A stretch of 64,000 nt of DNA. It comes from an uncultured Gemmatimonadales bacterium. GTDB taxonomy: Bacteria > Gemmatimonadota > Gemmatimonadetes > Longimicrobiales > RSA9. This document shows positions 9,935-19,353 of this stretch, piece by piece. The first letter of the stretch is position 1. Each line of letters starts with the position of its first letter. The stretch covers positions 64,001 to 128,000 of the forward strand of contig CAWCUS010000006.1 in NCBI GenBank assembly GCA_963798845.1, given 5' to 3'. Below the pieces are notes generated by a model. It was not told where the DNA came from, did not search any database, and worked only from the letters and a program-made list of their open reading frames with translations. A program made the position numbers and the translations under genes.

Positions 9935-10552
9935 ATGGTGGATCCAGAGGAATATCTCGAAGCCGGACTGAAGCTGCACGGCCACAGGTGTCCGGCGATG
10001 CCCATGGGGCTGCGCGCGGCGGCCATTGCCATGAACCGGCTGGGTGTGGAGCGCTCGGGCGCCAAGACCCTGGTGGCACTGGTCGAGCTCGGCGACGGCC
10101 ACTGCGCGCATTGCTTCGGCGACGGCGTCCAGACCGTCTCGGGCTGCACGTTCGGAAAGGGCAACATACAGAAGCTGGGCTATGGCAAGTTCGGCCTCAC
10201 GCTCGTGGACAGGGAGACGGGACGCGCCGTCCGGGTCGTCCCCCGGGGAGAGGCGCAGATGCGGATGAAGCAGACTCCGTTCTTCAAGGAGTACCGGATG
10301 AAGGGGATCCCACCGACGGAAGTGCCGGAGGAAGTCGTGGACCCGCTCATCCGCAGGGTCCTGTCCGGCCCCGAGGACGAGATGTTCAAGGTGAGCGACG
10401 TCTTCACCCACGCGCTCGCGCCCCAGGAAGAGGACTTCGCCTCCTTCGTGTGCGAGCGGTGCGGTGACATGGTGGTGGAACGCTACGGCCGCGTGGTGGG
10501 AGAGGCCAAGGTGTGCATCCCCTGTCAGGAAGCCCTGCTGGCCGACAGGTAG
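9935..10552 (+). CDS. FmdE (formylmethanofuran dehydrogenase subunit E) family protein with C-terminal zinc finger
   Basis: HGHRCPAMPMG, CFGDGVQTVSGCTFGKGN, CERCGD..CIPC; SD GGAGG. Confidence 0.9.
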   Translation: MVDPEEYLEAGLKLHGHRCPAMPMGLRAAAIAMNRLGVERSGAKTLVALVELGDGHCAHCFGDGVQTVSGCTFGKGNIQKLGYGKFGLTLVDRETGRAVRVVPRGEAQMRMKQTPFFKEYRMKGIPPTEVPEEVVDPLIRRVLSGPEDEMFKVSDVFTHALAPQEEDFASFVCERCGDMVVERYGRVVGEAKVCIPCQEALLADR

Positions 10553-10554
10553 CC

Positions 10555-11304
10555 ATGCTCCACGCATCGATCGCGGTGGCGTTTGTCGGCGCGTCGTTCC
10601 TGTTCTCGATGCTCGGCCTGGGCGGCGCGCTCGTCTACGTCCCCGTCCTGACGTGGGCCGGCTTCCCGGTCAGGGAGGTGGCCATTCCGCTGGCCCTCCT
10701 GCTCAACGGGCTCACCACCCTGATCGCGCTCGGGTCCTATGTCCACGCCAGGCTGGTCGACTGGAGGGGTGGACTCGGCATGACGGTTGGGGCATTCGCC
10801 TTCGCGCCGGTCGGGGCGTTCGCGTCCCGGGTCGTGCCCGTACGATTCCTGCTCGGCCTCTTCGCCATCGCCGTGCTGGTGGCGGCTTTCCGGATGCTCG
10901 CCATGTCCAGGACCCCCGAGCCCGGAGATCTCATGCCGTTGCGGAGGAGGCTGATCATCGGATCCGCCGTCGGGGTCTTCGCCGGGTTCATGGCGGGACT
11001 CCTCGGGATCGGCGGCGGCTTCATCATGTCTCCCCTTCTCATGTGGATGGGGTACGAGACGAAGCAGGCCGTGGCGACGTCTGCCCTGGCCGTGACCTTC
11101 TCGTCCTTCTCCGGGTTCGGCGGACACATCGCACAGGGGCACCTCGACCTGACGCTGACGGCGCTGCTGGCCTTCGCAGTGCTGATGGGCGCTTTCGCGG
11201 GAAGCCGATTCATGGTGACGAAGGCGAAATCGGCGAGGGTCAAGCAGGTGTTCGCCCTCGTGCTCTTCGCCATCGCCGCCAAGCTGCTGGTGGGGGTGCT
11301 CTGA
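10555..11304 (+). CDS. TauE/SafE (TSUP) family sulfite/organosulfur exporter
   Basis: Duplicated MLGLGGA..VP and LLGIGGG..SP motifs; about 8 TM helices; 2 nt after fmdE. Confidence 0.9.
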   Translation: MLHASIAVAFVGASFLFSMLGLGGALVYVPVLTWAGFPVREVAIPLALLLNGLTTLIALGSYVHARLVDWRGGLGMTVGAFAFAPVGAFASRVVPVRFLLGLFAIAVLVAAFRMLAMSRTPEPGDLMPLRRRLIIGSAVGVFAGFMAGLLGIGGGFIMSPLLMWMGYETKQAVATSALAVTFSSFSGFGGHIAQGHLDLTLTALLAFAVLMGAFAGSRFMVTKAKSARVKQVFALVLFAIAAKLLVGVL

Positions 11305-11370
11305 GGGGCCTCGGCGCGGCCGTCGTGAGTCGTACGCGGGAGTCGGCTCCGCCCGGCCGGGCCGCCCCGA

Positions 11371-12486
11371 TCAGGACCCCGGCCTCAAGCCTGCCGGGAC
11401 GACGCAGTTCGACACCGACGCCAGCTCCGCCTCCGCCGCCGGGAAGTACTTCCGCCTCCACCACAACGCCACGTTGACCAGACCGATCAGGACCGGCACT
11501 TCCACGAGCGGGCCGATCACGGCCGCGAACGCGGCCCCGTGTGCGATCCCGAACGTGCCCACCGCCACCGCGATGGCCAGCTCGAAGTTGTTCGACGCGG
11601 CCGTGAACGACAGCGTGGCCGTCTGCGGGTACGTGGCGCCCACCGCCCGGCTCATGAAGAAGGTGACGGCGAACATGACCAGGAAATAGACGAGCAGCGG
11701 GATCGCCACCAGGACCACCTGCGACGGCTGCTCGACGATCGCGCGCCCCTGGATCGAGAACATCACCACGATCGTGAACAGCAGCGCCACCAGCGTTAGC
11801 GGGCTGATCTTCGGGACGAACCGCTCGTGGTACCACGTCTTTCCCCTGGCCTTCACCAGCGCGAATCGCGTCAGCATGCCGGCCAGGAACGGGATGCCGA
11901 GGTAGACGAACACGCTCTCCGCGATGCGCCCCATGGTGATGTCCACCACCGTCCGCTCGAGCCCCAGCCACCCCGGAACGACGGTGATGAAGGCCCACGC
12001 ATAGACCGAGTAGAACAGCACCTGGAAGATCGAGTTGAAGGCGACGAGCCCCGCGGCGTACTCGTTGTCCCCCTCCGCCAGCTCGTTCCAGACGATCACC
12101 ATGGCGATGCAGCGCGCCAGCCCGATCAGGATCAGGCCGACCATCAGCTCCGGGTGGTGGCGCAGGAAGAGCACGGCCAGGCCGAACATGAGCAGCGGAC
12201 CGATGATCCAGTTCTGGACCAGCGAAAGGCCCAGCACCTTCCAGTCCCGGAAGACGTCGCCGAGCTCCTCGTAGCGCACCTTGGCAAGCGGCGGGTACAT
12301 CATGAGGATGAGCCCCGCGGCGATGGGGATCGAGGTCGTCCCGACCTGCGTCGCCTGGTTGATCGCCGTCACCGGCTCAGGCCACAGGTATCCGAGCCCC
12401 ACGCCCACCCCCATCGCCAGGCCGATCCATGCCGTCAGGTACCGGTCCAGGAACGACATCCGCCGCCCGACACCGCCCGCGGTCAT
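11371..12486 (-). CDS. acr3: ACR3 family arsenite efflux transporter
   Basis: [48 protein letters not shown]. Confidence 0.97.
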   Translation of the reverse strand: MTAGGVGRRMSFLDRYLTAWIGLAMGVGVGLGYLWPEPVTAINQATQVGTTSIPIAAGLILMMYPPLAKVRYEELGDVFRDWKVLGLSLVQNWIIGPLLMFGLAVLFLRHHPELMVGLILIGLARCIAMVIVWNELAEGDNEYAAGLVAFNSIFQVLFYSVYAWAFITVVPGWLGLERTVVDITMGRIAESVFVYLGIPFLAGMLTRFALVKARGKTWYHERFVPKISPLTLVALLFTIVVMFSIQGRAIVEQPSQVVLVAIPLLVYFLVMFAVTFFMSRAVGATYPQTATLSFTAASNNFELAIAVAVGTFGIAHGAAFAAVIGPLVEVPVLIGLVNVALWWRRKYFPAAEAELASVSNCVVPAGLRPGS

Positions 12487-13256
12487 CCGGTGTCCGCCGT
12501 CCGCGTGGTCGGCATCCCGCCCGTCTCCAGGTACACGGCGAACTCGTCCGGAAGCTCGCTCTCGCCGATCGCCGCCATCGTCCGCTCCAGCTCGTACTCG
12601 ACGCGGACGAACTCGACCCCCACCCGTTCGCCGTCCAGCTCCACCAGCACGTAGCCCGCGCGCCAGTCGCCGTCCTTCGGCCGCCCGACGGACCCCGTGT
12701 TCACGAGATGGATCCCGTCCACCGTCCGCGTCCATGGCCTGTGCGTGTGACCGAACGCCACCACATCGCCCGCCCTGGCGCCGAGCTGCTCCGCCATCTG
12801 CCGGCAGAACCTGTCCGAACGATCTTCGGTCCAGTAGACCGTGTTCAGCACCGGGTTGCCGTGCACCAGGATGAGCCGGGGCCCGGCGACATGGCCGCCC
12901 AGCGGCCGGATGTCGATGCGGAACGGCAGGCTCCCCAGCCAGCGCTTCGTACCGGCGGTCACGTTGGCGCGAGTCCACGCGTAGCTGAGATGGCTCAGCG
13001 CCTCCTGCCGCGCGTCTTCATACCTGCATCCGCAGTGCTCGTAGTCGGTGGCCGTGGTCGAGTCGTAGTTCCCGGCCACGCCGGGGATGGCCCGATCGCG
13101 GAGCGCCGCCACCACCTCCTCCGGCCATGGCGCGTATCCCACCAGGTCGCCGAGGTGGTAGACGCCGGTCAGGTCGCTCCGGGAGTCAATGTCGGCCAGC
13201 ACCGCCTCCAGGGCGGGCAGGTTCCCGTGGATGTCGCTGATGAGCGCGTACTTCAT
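12483..13256 (-). CDS. Metallophosphoesterase (calcineurin-like), ars-operon associated
   Basis: DIHGN, GDLVGY, GNYD, VHG, FGHTH, NTGSVG motifs; ATGA overlaps on both sides. Confidence 0.92.
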   Translation of the reverse strand: MKYALISDIHGNLPALEAVLADIDSRSDLTGVYHLGDLVGYAPWPEEVVAALRDRAIPGVAGNYDSTTATDYEHCGCRYEDARQEALSHLSYAWTRANVTAGTKRWLGSLPFRIDIRPLGGHVAGPRLILVHGNPVLNTVYWTEDRSDRFCRQMAEQLGARAGDVVAFGHTHRPWTRTVDGIHLVNTGSVGRPKDGDWRAGYVLVELDGERVGVEFVRVEYELERTMAAIGESELPDEFAVYLETGGMPTTRTADTG

Positions 13257-13768
13257 GGCGCACCTCGCAGTGTCGTCGCCCGGCCGCTGCCGGGCACCGG
13301 ATCGAGGACCATCGCGACCGCCGAAGCCGGGCACGCTTCCCGGAACTCCACGGACTGCTGAACGTCCGGCGGTGCCGCGCTTCGTTCGATCCGACGGAAG
13401 CCGAACCGGGGGAAGTACTCCTCCGCCGTGGTCGTCAGGAGGTACAGGCGACGGAGCCCCCCCTCGCGCGCACCCGCCAGAGCCCTTCTCGTCAGCTCGC
13501 CGCCCAGGCCGGTCCCCCGACGCCCCGCCACCACCGCCACGGAGCGCAGCACCCCGTCCCGGCCGTGTGTCTCGACCCCCGCGACGCCCAGCAGCGCCTC
13601 GCCCTCCTCCGCCACGACGAAACCGGGCAGGTGCTCGGCCACCCCCGCCCCAGGCAAGCTGGCACCCTCGAGGAGCCCCAGGACCGCCGGGAGGTCAGAA
13701 TCCCTCGCCGGCCGGAGCACCACCCCGTCCGACTCGCCCGGCGTCGCTCTCGCCACAGTCTCAGCCAC
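13253..13768 (-). CDS. arsN2: Arsenic resistance GNAT N-acetyltransferase (ArsN2 type)
   Basis: LRSVAV..RGTGLG, LYLLTTTAEEYFPRFGF, EFREACPASA; start is GTG at 13768 or 13756. Confidence 0.88.
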   Translation of the reverse strand: MAETVARATPGESDGVVLRPARDSDLPAVLGLLEGASLPGAGVAEHLPGFVVAEEGEALLGVAGVETHGRDGVLRSVAVVAGRRGTGLGGELTRRALAGAREGGLRRLYLLTTTAEEYFPRFGFRRIERSAAPPDVQQSVEFREACPASAVAMVLDPVPGSGRATTLRGAP

Positions 13769-14675
13769 AGCAGCCGGGCCCGCAGCAGGGCTCCTCCACG
13801 GCGGCCACGGCGGCTCCCGCCGGCGACGGCTCAGCGGCCGCCGCCGGTTTCCTGGCCCGCACGAACGCCGACAGGATCCGCCCGCGCACCGCCTCCGCCA
13901 TGGCGCCCACATCCAAACCCGCCTCCTCCAGGAACGAGCGCGCATCCTCCGGCTCGTACACCCGCGTCGGCTCCAGCGAAGGAGCCTCGAACCCGACATC
14001 CCGGAGCAGCTTTTCGAACTCGTCCATGTCCAGCGCCCCCGCGACACAGCCGACCCACAGCGCCATGCTCTTCCGCACCTCCGCCGGGATCTCCCCACGC
14101 GTCACCACGTCCGACACCGCGAAGCGGCCGCCCGGCTTCAGCACCCGGTATGCCTCGCCCAGGACCTTCCGCTTGTCCGCCGACAGGTTGATCACGCAGT
14201 TGCTGATGATCACGTCCACCGACGCGTCCGGCAGCGGGATGGTCTCGATGTCGCCCCTCAGGAACTCCACGTTCGTCGCCCCCGCCTCCGCCGCGTTCCG
14301 CCGCGCCAGCGCCAGCATCTCGTCCGTCATGTCCAGCCCGTACGCTCTCCCCGTCGGGCCCACCCGCTTCGCGCTCAGCAGGACGTCGATTCCACCCCCG
14401 CTCCCCAGGTCGAGCACCACCTCTCCCGCCTTCAGCTCCGCCAGCGCCGTCGGATTCCCGCACCCCAGTGATGCCAGCACAGCCGCTTCCGGCAGCGACG
14501 AAGCCGTCACCGCGTCGTACAGGTCTCGCGTGATCGGGTCCCTGAACCCCCCGTCCGCCTTCGTCTCCCCGCACCCGCACTTCGTCCCGCAGCACGTCGA
14601 TGGCTCGCCGCTCACCACCCGCAGCGCCGCCTCCCCGTACTTCTGCCGCACCACCGACTTCACGTCCCCGCTCAT
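13761..14675 (-). CDS. arsM: Arsenite S-adenosylmethionine methyltransferase
   Basis: SLGCGNP, VLDLGSGGGID, ISNCVINL, WVGCVAGA; Cys-rich N- and C-termini. Confidence 0.96.
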   Translation of the reverse strand: MSGDVKSVVRQKYGEAALRVVSGEPSTCCGTKCGCGETKADGGFRDPITRDLYDAVTASSLPEAAVLASLGCGNPTALAELKAGEVVLDLGSGGGIDVLLSAKRVGPTGRAYGLDMTDEMLALARRNAAEAGATNVEFLRGDIETIPLPDASVDVIISNCVINLSADKRKVLGEAYRVLKPGGRFAVSDVVTRGEIPAEVRKSMALWVGCVAGALDMDEFEKLLRDVGFEAPSLEPTRVYEPEDARSFLEEAGLDVGAMAEAVRGRILSAFVRARKPAAAAEPSPAGAAVAAVEEPCCGPGCCG

Positions 14676-14689
14676 GTCATCCTCCGGCG

Positions 14690-14705
14690 ATCAACATCGA
14701 TTGAT
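14690..14705. promoter_or_regulatory. Putative ArsR operator, copy 2 (upstream of arsM)
   Basis: ATCAA-CATCGA-TTGAT inverted repeat; 14 of 16 identical to the site at 15100-15115. Confidence 0.75.
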
Positions 14706-14756
14706 GCTTTGGCCCAAAAAAACTCCGCACTCGCGGCCCACCCCACGAACACCTGG

Positions 14757-15086
14757 TCAGCCACAGCAGTCCCCACGCCGCGCCACCGGCAGCCAACCCG
14801 ACTCCGGCTTCACCTCGCCCAGGAACGACCTCATCTCCTCCAGCGCCTCCGGGACGAGTGAATAGTACACCCACCGGCCGTCCCGCCGGTCCGACACCAC
14901 CCCGGCATCCTTCAGCTTCTTCAGGTGGAAGGACAGCCGCGACTGTGCCGCCCCCATCTCGTCCTGGAGCTCACAAACGCACCGCTCTCCCCCGGTCAGC
15001 AGCTGGATCACCCTGAACCGGGTCTCCTCCGCCACGGCCTGGAAGCGCTGCAGCAGCGCCTCGTTCTGCACGGTCTGGTTCGTCAT
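14757..15086 (-). CDS. arsR: ArsR/SmtB family As(III)-responsive repressor
   Basis: ERCVCEL metal site, QSRLSFHLKKLK HTH, DGRWVYYSL, C-terminal CC. Confidence 0.95.
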   Translation of the reverse strand: MTNQTVQNEALLQRFQAVAEETRFRVIQLLTGGERCVCELQDEMGAAQSRLSFHLKKLKDAGVVSDRRDGRWVYYSLVPEALEEMRSFLGEVKPESGWLPVARRGDCCG

Positions 15087-15092
15087 GGCCCA

Positions 15093-15122
15093 ACGATACA
15101 TCAACATCCATAGATACGTCAA
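15093..15122 (-). promoter_or_regulatory. sigma70-type arsR promoter with the operator in its spacer
   Basis: TTGACG-N18-TATCGT on the minus strand, ending 6 nt before the ATG; ATCAACATCCATAGAT at 15100-15115. Confidence 0.65.
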
Positions 15123-15236
15123 CCCCGCCCCAGCCGGCGGGGCGGCGTGCTTCCGCCCGGTCGCCGGCCCCGCGCCCTGCACACCATGCTCCCGGCAGGA
15201 TTCGACTGTGAGGCCGGCGTGTCCCTATCTTGTGGC

Positions 15237-15689
15237 ATGAAGATCTGGATCGACGCGGACGCCGCCCCGAAGGACGTGAAGGAGATCGTCTTCCGGGCCT
15301 CGGCCCGACTGGAGCTCGCGGCCGCGCTGGTTGCGAACCGTCGGCTCTCCACGCCGGCCGACAACCCGCTCATCGAGTCAGTGATCGTGCCGGGCGGGCC
15401 CGATGTGGCCGACCAGCACATCATCGATCACGCCCGGGAGGGCGACCTGGCGATCACTTCCGACATCCCGCTGGCCGCGGCACTCGTGGAGAAGGGGGTC
15501 CTCGTTCTGGACCCGCGGGGCGAGCGGTACACCGAGGCGAACGTCCGCGAGCGCCTGTCCATCCGGGACTTCATGGACTCGCTCCGGAGCAGCGGCGTAG
15601 ACACGGGCGGGCCGAAGCCGTACGGCAAGCAGGAGAAACAGGGCTTCGCCAACGCGCTGGACCGGCTGCTGACGAGACACCTGGGGTAG
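15237..15689 (+). CDS. YaiI/YqxD (UPF0178) family protein
   Basis: MKIWIDADAAP, ITSDIPLA, LSIRDFMDSLR..GGP. Confidence 0.93.
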   Translation: MKIWIDADAAPKDVKEIVFRASARLELAAALVANRRLSTPADNPLIESVIVPGGPDVADQHIIDHAREGDLAITSDIPLAAALVEKGVLVLDPRGERYTEANVRERLSIRDFMDSLRSSGVDTGGPKPYGKQEKQGFANALDRLLTRHLG

Positions 15690-15741
15690 TCGGCTCCCCT
15701 TCGGCACGACCACGGGAGATTCTCCCCATGACCAGAGGGAT

Positions 15742-16266
15742 GTGACCATGGCGTTTTCCAACCGTGCCACGGCGGCGATTGCGGCGCTGAGCGCCCTCGC
15801 TGCGGCGGCCGTGACGGCTGGTGCGTTCTCCTGGAACGGCACGCGCGGCGCTCCTCCTTCGGAGCGCGCCCACCAGGTCCACGAAATGGCGGGTACGGTC
15901 ATGCCGTTCGCCCTCGACCGGACCACCCACGTCTTCGAGATGACCGACAGTGGCGGGATCCAGGACGTGGTGGCGAAAGAGCCCGGAGACACCGCCACCA
16001 TCCGGCTCATCCGGCAGCACCTCATGCACGAGTCGGAGCTCTTCCGCCGCGGCAGCTTCCGCGACCCCATGGCGCTCCACGGCAGGGACATGCCGGGACT
16101 GACGGAGCTGGCCGCAGGCTCGGACAGGCTGCGCGTGGCGTTTCAGGCGCTCTCCGACGGTGCCCGGATCACCTTCAGCACGGACGATCCACTCCTTCTC
16201 ACGGCGGTGCATCGCTGGTTCGGCGCCCAGCTCTCCGACCACGCCGCGGACGCCACGTACCGATAA
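15742..16266 (+). CDS. Exported conserved hypothetical protein
   Basis: Signal-like N-terminus; VMPFALDRTTHVF, IRLIRQHL, LHGRDMPGL, WFGAQLSDH. Confidence 0.75.
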   Translation: MTMAFSNRATAAIAALSALAAAAVTAGAFSWNGTRGAPPSERAHQVHEMAGTVMPFALDRTTHVFEMTDSGGIQDVVAKEPGDTATIRLIRQHLMHESELFRRGSFRDPMALHGRDMPGLTELAAGSDRLRVAFQALSDGARITFSTDDPLLLTAVHRWFGAQLSDHAADATYR

Positions 16267-16389
16267 AGCCGCCAGGTAGAGGATCGCCACGCACAGAGGC
16301 GGGGACTCGGGCGGACGCGGCGCTGCGCGGCCGGGATCGGCGGGGTCGGTCCGCTGCCCTGCATTCGTCGTCGAGCCCGTGTCCTCGCC

Positions 16390-17895
16390 TCAGGTCGTGA
16401 CCTCCTTGGTGACGGCTTCCGCCACCGCCGCTTCCTCCCACGGTCCTTCGCTCACGGCTGACAGCTTCTTCATCGTCGGGATCACCGCGGCGGCGATCAG
16501 CGTTCCGGCCACGGCCACGATACCCAGCCTGGTGAAGAGGCTGGTGTAGAGCGGGAGCGTGGCGACCGGATCGGTCACGTTCTGGGGCACGCTGGCGAAG
16601 GTGGCGACGTAGCTCCCCACGTACTGCGAGATCCCGGTGGCGAGGAACCAGACGCCCATGATGAACCCGCGCAGCGACGGTCCGACGTAGCGCGCCACGA
16701 CTGCGAGGCCGAGGCCGCTGATGAGGAGCTCTCCCAGCGACTGGAATCCGTAGCCGGTGATCATCCACCAGAACGAGACCTTGCCGGCGCTGGCGAAGTG
16801 ACCGCTGAAGCCGTAGGTGAAGAACCCGAGGCTCAGTACCGCGAAGCCCATGGCGAACTTCGTGGAGATGTGGAAGTCCCCGCCTTTGCCCTTCCCGAGG
16901 TGCGTATAGAGCCAGGCGAGACCCGGGCTCAGGACGAAGACCCAGATCGGGTTCAGCGCCTGGACCTGCCCCGCGGGGACGTGGTACCCGAACAAGCCGA
17001 GGTCGACGTTCCGGAGCGAGAAGAGCGTGAGCGAGGTCGACATCTGCTGGTAGAAGATGAAGAACAGCATGCCCAGCCCGGTCAGGATCAGCACGGCGAT
17101 GAGACCCTTTCGCTCGCGCTCGCTGCCCCGTCGCATCATGATTCCGAAGATGCCGAGCATCGTGAAGAACCCGAGGATGACGGTGCCCCGAGCAACGGTG
17201 CGGTTCTGGACGATGAACGTCACGAGAACGATGCCGACGGCGATCCCGATGAGGACCTGAACGAGGCGCTTCACGTCGAGGGGCCGGAAGTCGGGCTCGG
17301 AGCCCACGTGCCGGAGGTACCGGCTCATGGCGAAGTAGTTGAGGATGCCGACGACGAGCCCGCCCGCGGAGACTGCGAACGCAGCGTGCCACCCGAACCT
17401 GATCGCGATGAGCGGCGTCGCGATCTGCGATGCGGTCGCACCGATGTTGACGGCCATGTAGTACATGGTGAACGCGCTGTCGATCTTCGCGGGATCTCCC
17501 TCGTAGAGCTTGGAGATCATGTTGGCGGGATTCGCCTTGAAGATGCCGCCGCCGACCGCCACGAGCGCCAGCGCCGGGAAGAGAAGGCCCGGATGATCCG
17601 GAATCGCGAGCCCGATGTATCCCAGGGCGAGGATCAGCGCGCCGAGGACCATGGTGCGGCGGCTCCCGAGGAGCTTGTCGCCGATCCAGCCGCCGAGCGC
17701 CGGAACGGTGTAGGCGAGCGCCGCGAACGCGCCGAACGTGAGGGTGGCGCGGTCGTCGGTGTACCCGAGCTTCTGCACCATGAAGAGCACGACGACGGCC
17801 GTCATGCCGTAGTAGCCGAACCTCTCCCAGAGCTCGATGAGGAAGAGGGTGGTGAATCCCTTGGTTCGCGAAGGCGTCAGCGCCTGGGTCGTCAT
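16390..17895 (-). CDS. POT/PTR family proton-dependent oligopeptide transporter
   Basis: ELWERFGYYG (ExxERFxYY), GGWIGDKLLG, FTMYYMAVNIG, QALNP, LGELLIS. Confidence 0.95.
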   Translation of the reverse strand: MTTQALTPSRTKGFTTLFLIELWERFGYYGMTAVVVLFMVQKLGYTDDRATLTFGAFAALAYTVPALGGWIGDKLLGSRRTMVLGALILALGYIGLAIPDHPGLLFPALALVAVGGGIFKANPANMISKLYEGDPAKIDSAFTMYYMAVNIGATASQIATPLIAIRFGWHAAFAVSAGGLVVGILNYFAMSRYLRHVGSEPDFRPLDVKRLVQVLIGIAVGIVLVTFIVQNRTVARGTVILGFFTMLGIFGIMMRRGSERERKGLIAVLILTGLGMLFFIFYQQMSTSLTLFSLRNVDLGLFGYHVPAGQVQALNPIWVFVLSPGLAWLYTHLGKGKGGDFHISTKFAMGFAVLSLGFFTYGFSGHFASAGKVSFWWMITGYGFQSLGELLISGLGLAVVARYVGPSLRGFIMGVWFLATGISQYVGSYVATFASVPQNVTDPVATLPLYTSLFTRLGIVAVAGTLIAAAVIPTMKKLSAVSEGPWEEAAVAEAVTKEVTT

Positions 17896-17998
17896 GGTCG
17901 TTTCCTGGATCCGTGAATCTCGGCGGGTCGCCCACTATTATCCCTTGCGCGACGCGGTCGCGCCACTGCCACACACGATCACATTGCCGGGAGTCCCC

Positions 17999-19264
17999 AT
18001 GGTCGCTTTCGATGACCCGTCCGTGGTCCTGAGCCGGACCCGTATCGTGGAGCGCTTCCTCGAATACGTGCGCTTCGACACCCAGTCGGACGAAACCAGC
18101 GACACGTGCCCGAGCACCGCCAGGCAGCTCGAGCTGGCGCGCCAGCTGGTGGCCGAGCTGAATGAGATGGGACTCCAGGGTGTGGGCGACGCCCACGTCG
18201 CCATGGACGAGAACGGCTACGTCCTCGCGGAGCTCCCCGGGACTGCTCCGGGCCGCGTGGGCCTCTGCGCTCACATGGACACGGCGCCGGCGTTCACCGG
18301 GTCCGGCGTGAGCCCGCGGCTGGTGGAGGGCTACGACGGTGGCGCCATCGACGTGGGCCACGGCGTGGTCCTGGACCCCGCCGACACGCCCGAGCTCGGG
18401 GAGTGCGTCGGCGACACGATCATCACCACCGACGGGCGCACGCTCCTGGGCGCCGACGACAAGGCGGGGATCGCGGCGATCATGGGCGCCCTGGAGATCC
18501 TGGTGCAGGAGCCGGAGATCCGGCGGCCAACGGTGCGTGTCTGCTTCAACCCGGACGAGGAGATCGGTCGCGGCGCCGACCGCTTCCCCCTGGCGCGCTT
18601 CGACTGTCCCGTCGCCTTCACGGTCGACGGGAGCTTCACGGGGGAGATCAACGTCGAGACCTTTTCCGCCGACAAGGCAGTGGTCACCTTCACCGGCGTC
18701 TCGGTCCACCCCGGCACGGCCCGGGGAAAGATGGTCAACGCCCTCACCTGGATGGGGAAGCTTCTGGACCGGCTGCCCATGGCTGAGGCGCCCGAGACGA
18801 CCGACGGGCGTGAAGGCTTCTACCACCCCGTCACGGCGTCGGGCGACGCCGCCTCCTGCACGCTGCAGCTCATCCTCCGGGATTTCGACACCGACGTCCT
18901 GGAGGAGCGCGGCCGCAGGCTGGAGCGTATGTGCGCCGGGCTCATGGCCGAGGAGCCCGACCTCGACGTGAAGGTAGAGATCGCGAAGCAGTACCGGAAC
19001 ATGTACGACGTGCTGAGCCGCCACCCCGACGTCACCGCGAAGCTGGAGGCGGCGGTTCAGGCCGCCGGGATCACCCCACGGCTCGAGCCCATCCGCGGCG
19101 GGACGGACGGCTCACGGCTCACCGAGCTCGGGATGCCCACGCCCAACGTCTTTGCCGGAGGTGTCAACTTCCACGGACCTTCGGAGTGGATCTCCACCCG
19201 CGTGCTCGCCCAATCGGCGTGCACGATCCTGAACCTCGTGCAGCTCTTCGCCGACGGGGGCTGA
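17999..19264 (+). CDS. pepT: Peptidase T (M20B tripeptide aminopeptidase)
   Basis: AHMDT, LLGADDKAG, PDEEIGRG, HPGTARGKMVNA, IRGGTDG, NFHG. Confidence 0.95.
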   Translation: MVAFDDPSVVLSRTRIVERFLEYVRFDTQSDETSDTCPSTARQLELARQLVAELNEMGLQGVGDAHVAMDENGYVLAELPGTAPGRVGLCAHMDTAPAFTGSGVSPRLVEGYDGGAIDVGHGVVLDPADTPELGECVGDTIITTDGRTLLGADDKAGIAAIMGALEILVQEPEIRRPTVRVCFNPDEEIGRGADRFPLARFDCPVAFTVDGSFTGEINVETFSADKAVVTFTGVSVHPGTARGKMVNALTWMGKLLDRLPMAEAPETTDGREGFYHPVTASGDAASCTLQLILRDFDTDVLEERGRRLERMCAGLMAEEPDLDVKVEIAKQYRNMYDVLSRHPDVTAKLEAAVQAAGITPRLEPIRGGTDGSRLTELGMPTPNVFAGGVNFHGPSEWISTRVLAQSACTILNLVQLFADGG

Positions 19265-19353
19265 GCACGGCGCCCCCGGGGGGGCACCGATCGCCCCGGT
19301 CGTCCGCTCAGCGGCGGAGCACGATGAGAAACGGCCGCACGCGGGCGCCCTCC

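Noticed and set aside
9935..10552. Evidence for methanogenesis or formylmethanofuran dehydrogenase
   Set aside because: FmdE-like proteins occur alone in many bacteria, and no catalytic subunits are present.
15742..16266. Aspartate carbamoyltransferase label that I recall being attached to similar proteins
   Set aside because: The protein is too short, has a signal peptide and lacks the STRT and HP motifs of ATCase.
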